Positions 63,551-64,000 of a stretch of 64,000 nt of DNA are shown piece by piece (within the stretch, counting starts at the first letter, position 1; every line of letters starts with the position of its first letter). The stretch comes from an uncultured Eubacteriales bacterium (GTDB lineage Bacteria; Bacillota; Clostridia; Christensenellales; UBA1242). Made by a program: the position numbers and the translations under genes. The notes under the pieces were generated by a model. It had not been told where the DNA came from. It saw nothing but the letters and a program-made list of their open reading frames with translations, and ran no database searches. The stretch is from NCBI GenBank assembly GCA_948695535.1, contig CAPRTS010000007.1, positions 3,164 through 67,163 on the forward strand, given 5' to 3'.

Positions 63551-63778
63551 ATGGGGAATAAACTGCGAACAAATGTTGCTGACCAATGGTATGCCTTACG
63601 CAATGCACCCAAAAAACGTAAATTCCAAAAATGGTGTCGCGAGAACAATATTTTTGGGCTTGACGTTGTTGGCAGCAAACGGGTTGACTATGACGCACTG
63701 CAACGTGATCTTCAAGGTGTCATAGCCGAAGTTGACGCCACCAATTTAGCGGCTGCTGACGAAAAGGGTAACGGCTGA
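63551..63778 (+). CDS. Hypothetical 75-aa protein
   Basis: An ORF with plausible composition (basic N-terminus, acidic C-terminus). I recognised no family and no clear RBS. Confidence 0.3.
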   Translation: MGNKLRTNVADQWYALRNAPKKRKFQKWCRENNIFGLDVVGSKRVDYDALQRDLQGVIAEVDATNLAAADEKGNG

Positions 63779-63798
63779 TTTTGCTCACGTTCTTTTCC

Positions 63799-63827
63799 TT
63801 GAATAATGGGTAGTTGTGTGCTATAAT
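63799..63827 (+). promoter_or_regulatory. Candidate promoter giving a near-leaderless transcript
   Basis: TTGAAT (63799-63804), a 17-nt spacer ending in TGC, then TATAAT (63822-63827). ATG 63837 lies only about 10 nt downstream. Confidence 0.4.
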
Positions 63828-63836
63828 ATTATTTGT

Positions 63837-64000
63837 ATGGATAACAGTAATAAGTTAAAACAATTCAACCAAACGGCGAACTTGCGACCGAAAGTTACGT
63901 TGCCGACGGCGGCAGAAATTGCACAAGTTCCTTATTTCAGTTACGAACTAACCGACTTCGCAATGTTCAGTGGCGCCCGTCAAGTCAGTGAATGTTACGA
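63837..64000 (+). CDS. 5' part of an unidentified gene running off the window
   Basis: Open frame MDNSNKLKQFNQTANLRPKVTLPTAAEIAQVPYFSYELTDFAMFSGARQVSECY... with no stop before the window end. It is absent from the ORF track because it is partial. Confidence 0.4.
   Translation, partial: MDNSNKLKQFNQTANLRPKVTLPTAAEIAQVPYFSYELTDFAMFSGARQVSECY

Noticed and set aside
1-64000. CRISPR arrays, rRNA genes, tRNA genes and IS elements with terminal inverted repeats.
   Set aside because: I noticed no regularly spaced short direct repeats, rRNA-like stretches, cloverleaf-compatible intergenic sequences or transposase ORFs. The scan was done by eye, so small elements could have been missed.

Overview
This looks like a chromosomal segment from a low-GC, Gram-positive-type (Bacillota-like) genome using genetic code 11. 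Supporting signs are a SpoU-methylase/small-sigma arrangement, a DUF421/DUF4363 pair and a CCA-encoded tmRNA. The window falls into four parts. (1) 1-13.4 kb holds housekeeping genes (sigma factor, MBL hydrolase, a short-form uvrA, MOP flippase, Ppx/GppA), a minus-strand operon for an 866-aa membrane-anchored surface protein, and an orphan VirD4/TraG-type coupling ATPase. (2) 13.4-47.9 kb is dominated by two giant surface-protein genes of about 2,516 aa and 6,804 aa (20.4 kb). Both have near-consensus promoters and share a conserved leader motif. Between and around them lie a Rho-derived protein lacking the P-loop, an MBL hydrolase, two tandem CPBP (CAAX-type) proteases, tadA, a beta-helix repeat protein and a lipoprotein. 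(3) 48-56.6 kb is a tight recD2-pheS-pheT cluster, translationally coupled to a divergent diadenylate-cyclase-fold protein, followed by an M19-M14 peptidase fusion and tmRNA (ssrA). (4) 56.6-63.3 kb is a roughly 6.7-kb island inserted at the last bases of ssrA. It has a large serine recombinase at its left end, and both attB and attP can be reconstructed from the junctions. Its cargo is a tyrosine recombinase, a 155-bp candidate invertible promoter, an EcoRI-like N6-adenine methyltransferase coupled to a DUF262-HNH nuclease, and a Shedu (DUF4263) gene. I saw no CRISPR array, rRNA gene or convincing tRNA gene. All family assignments come from motif recognition by eye, not from database searches.
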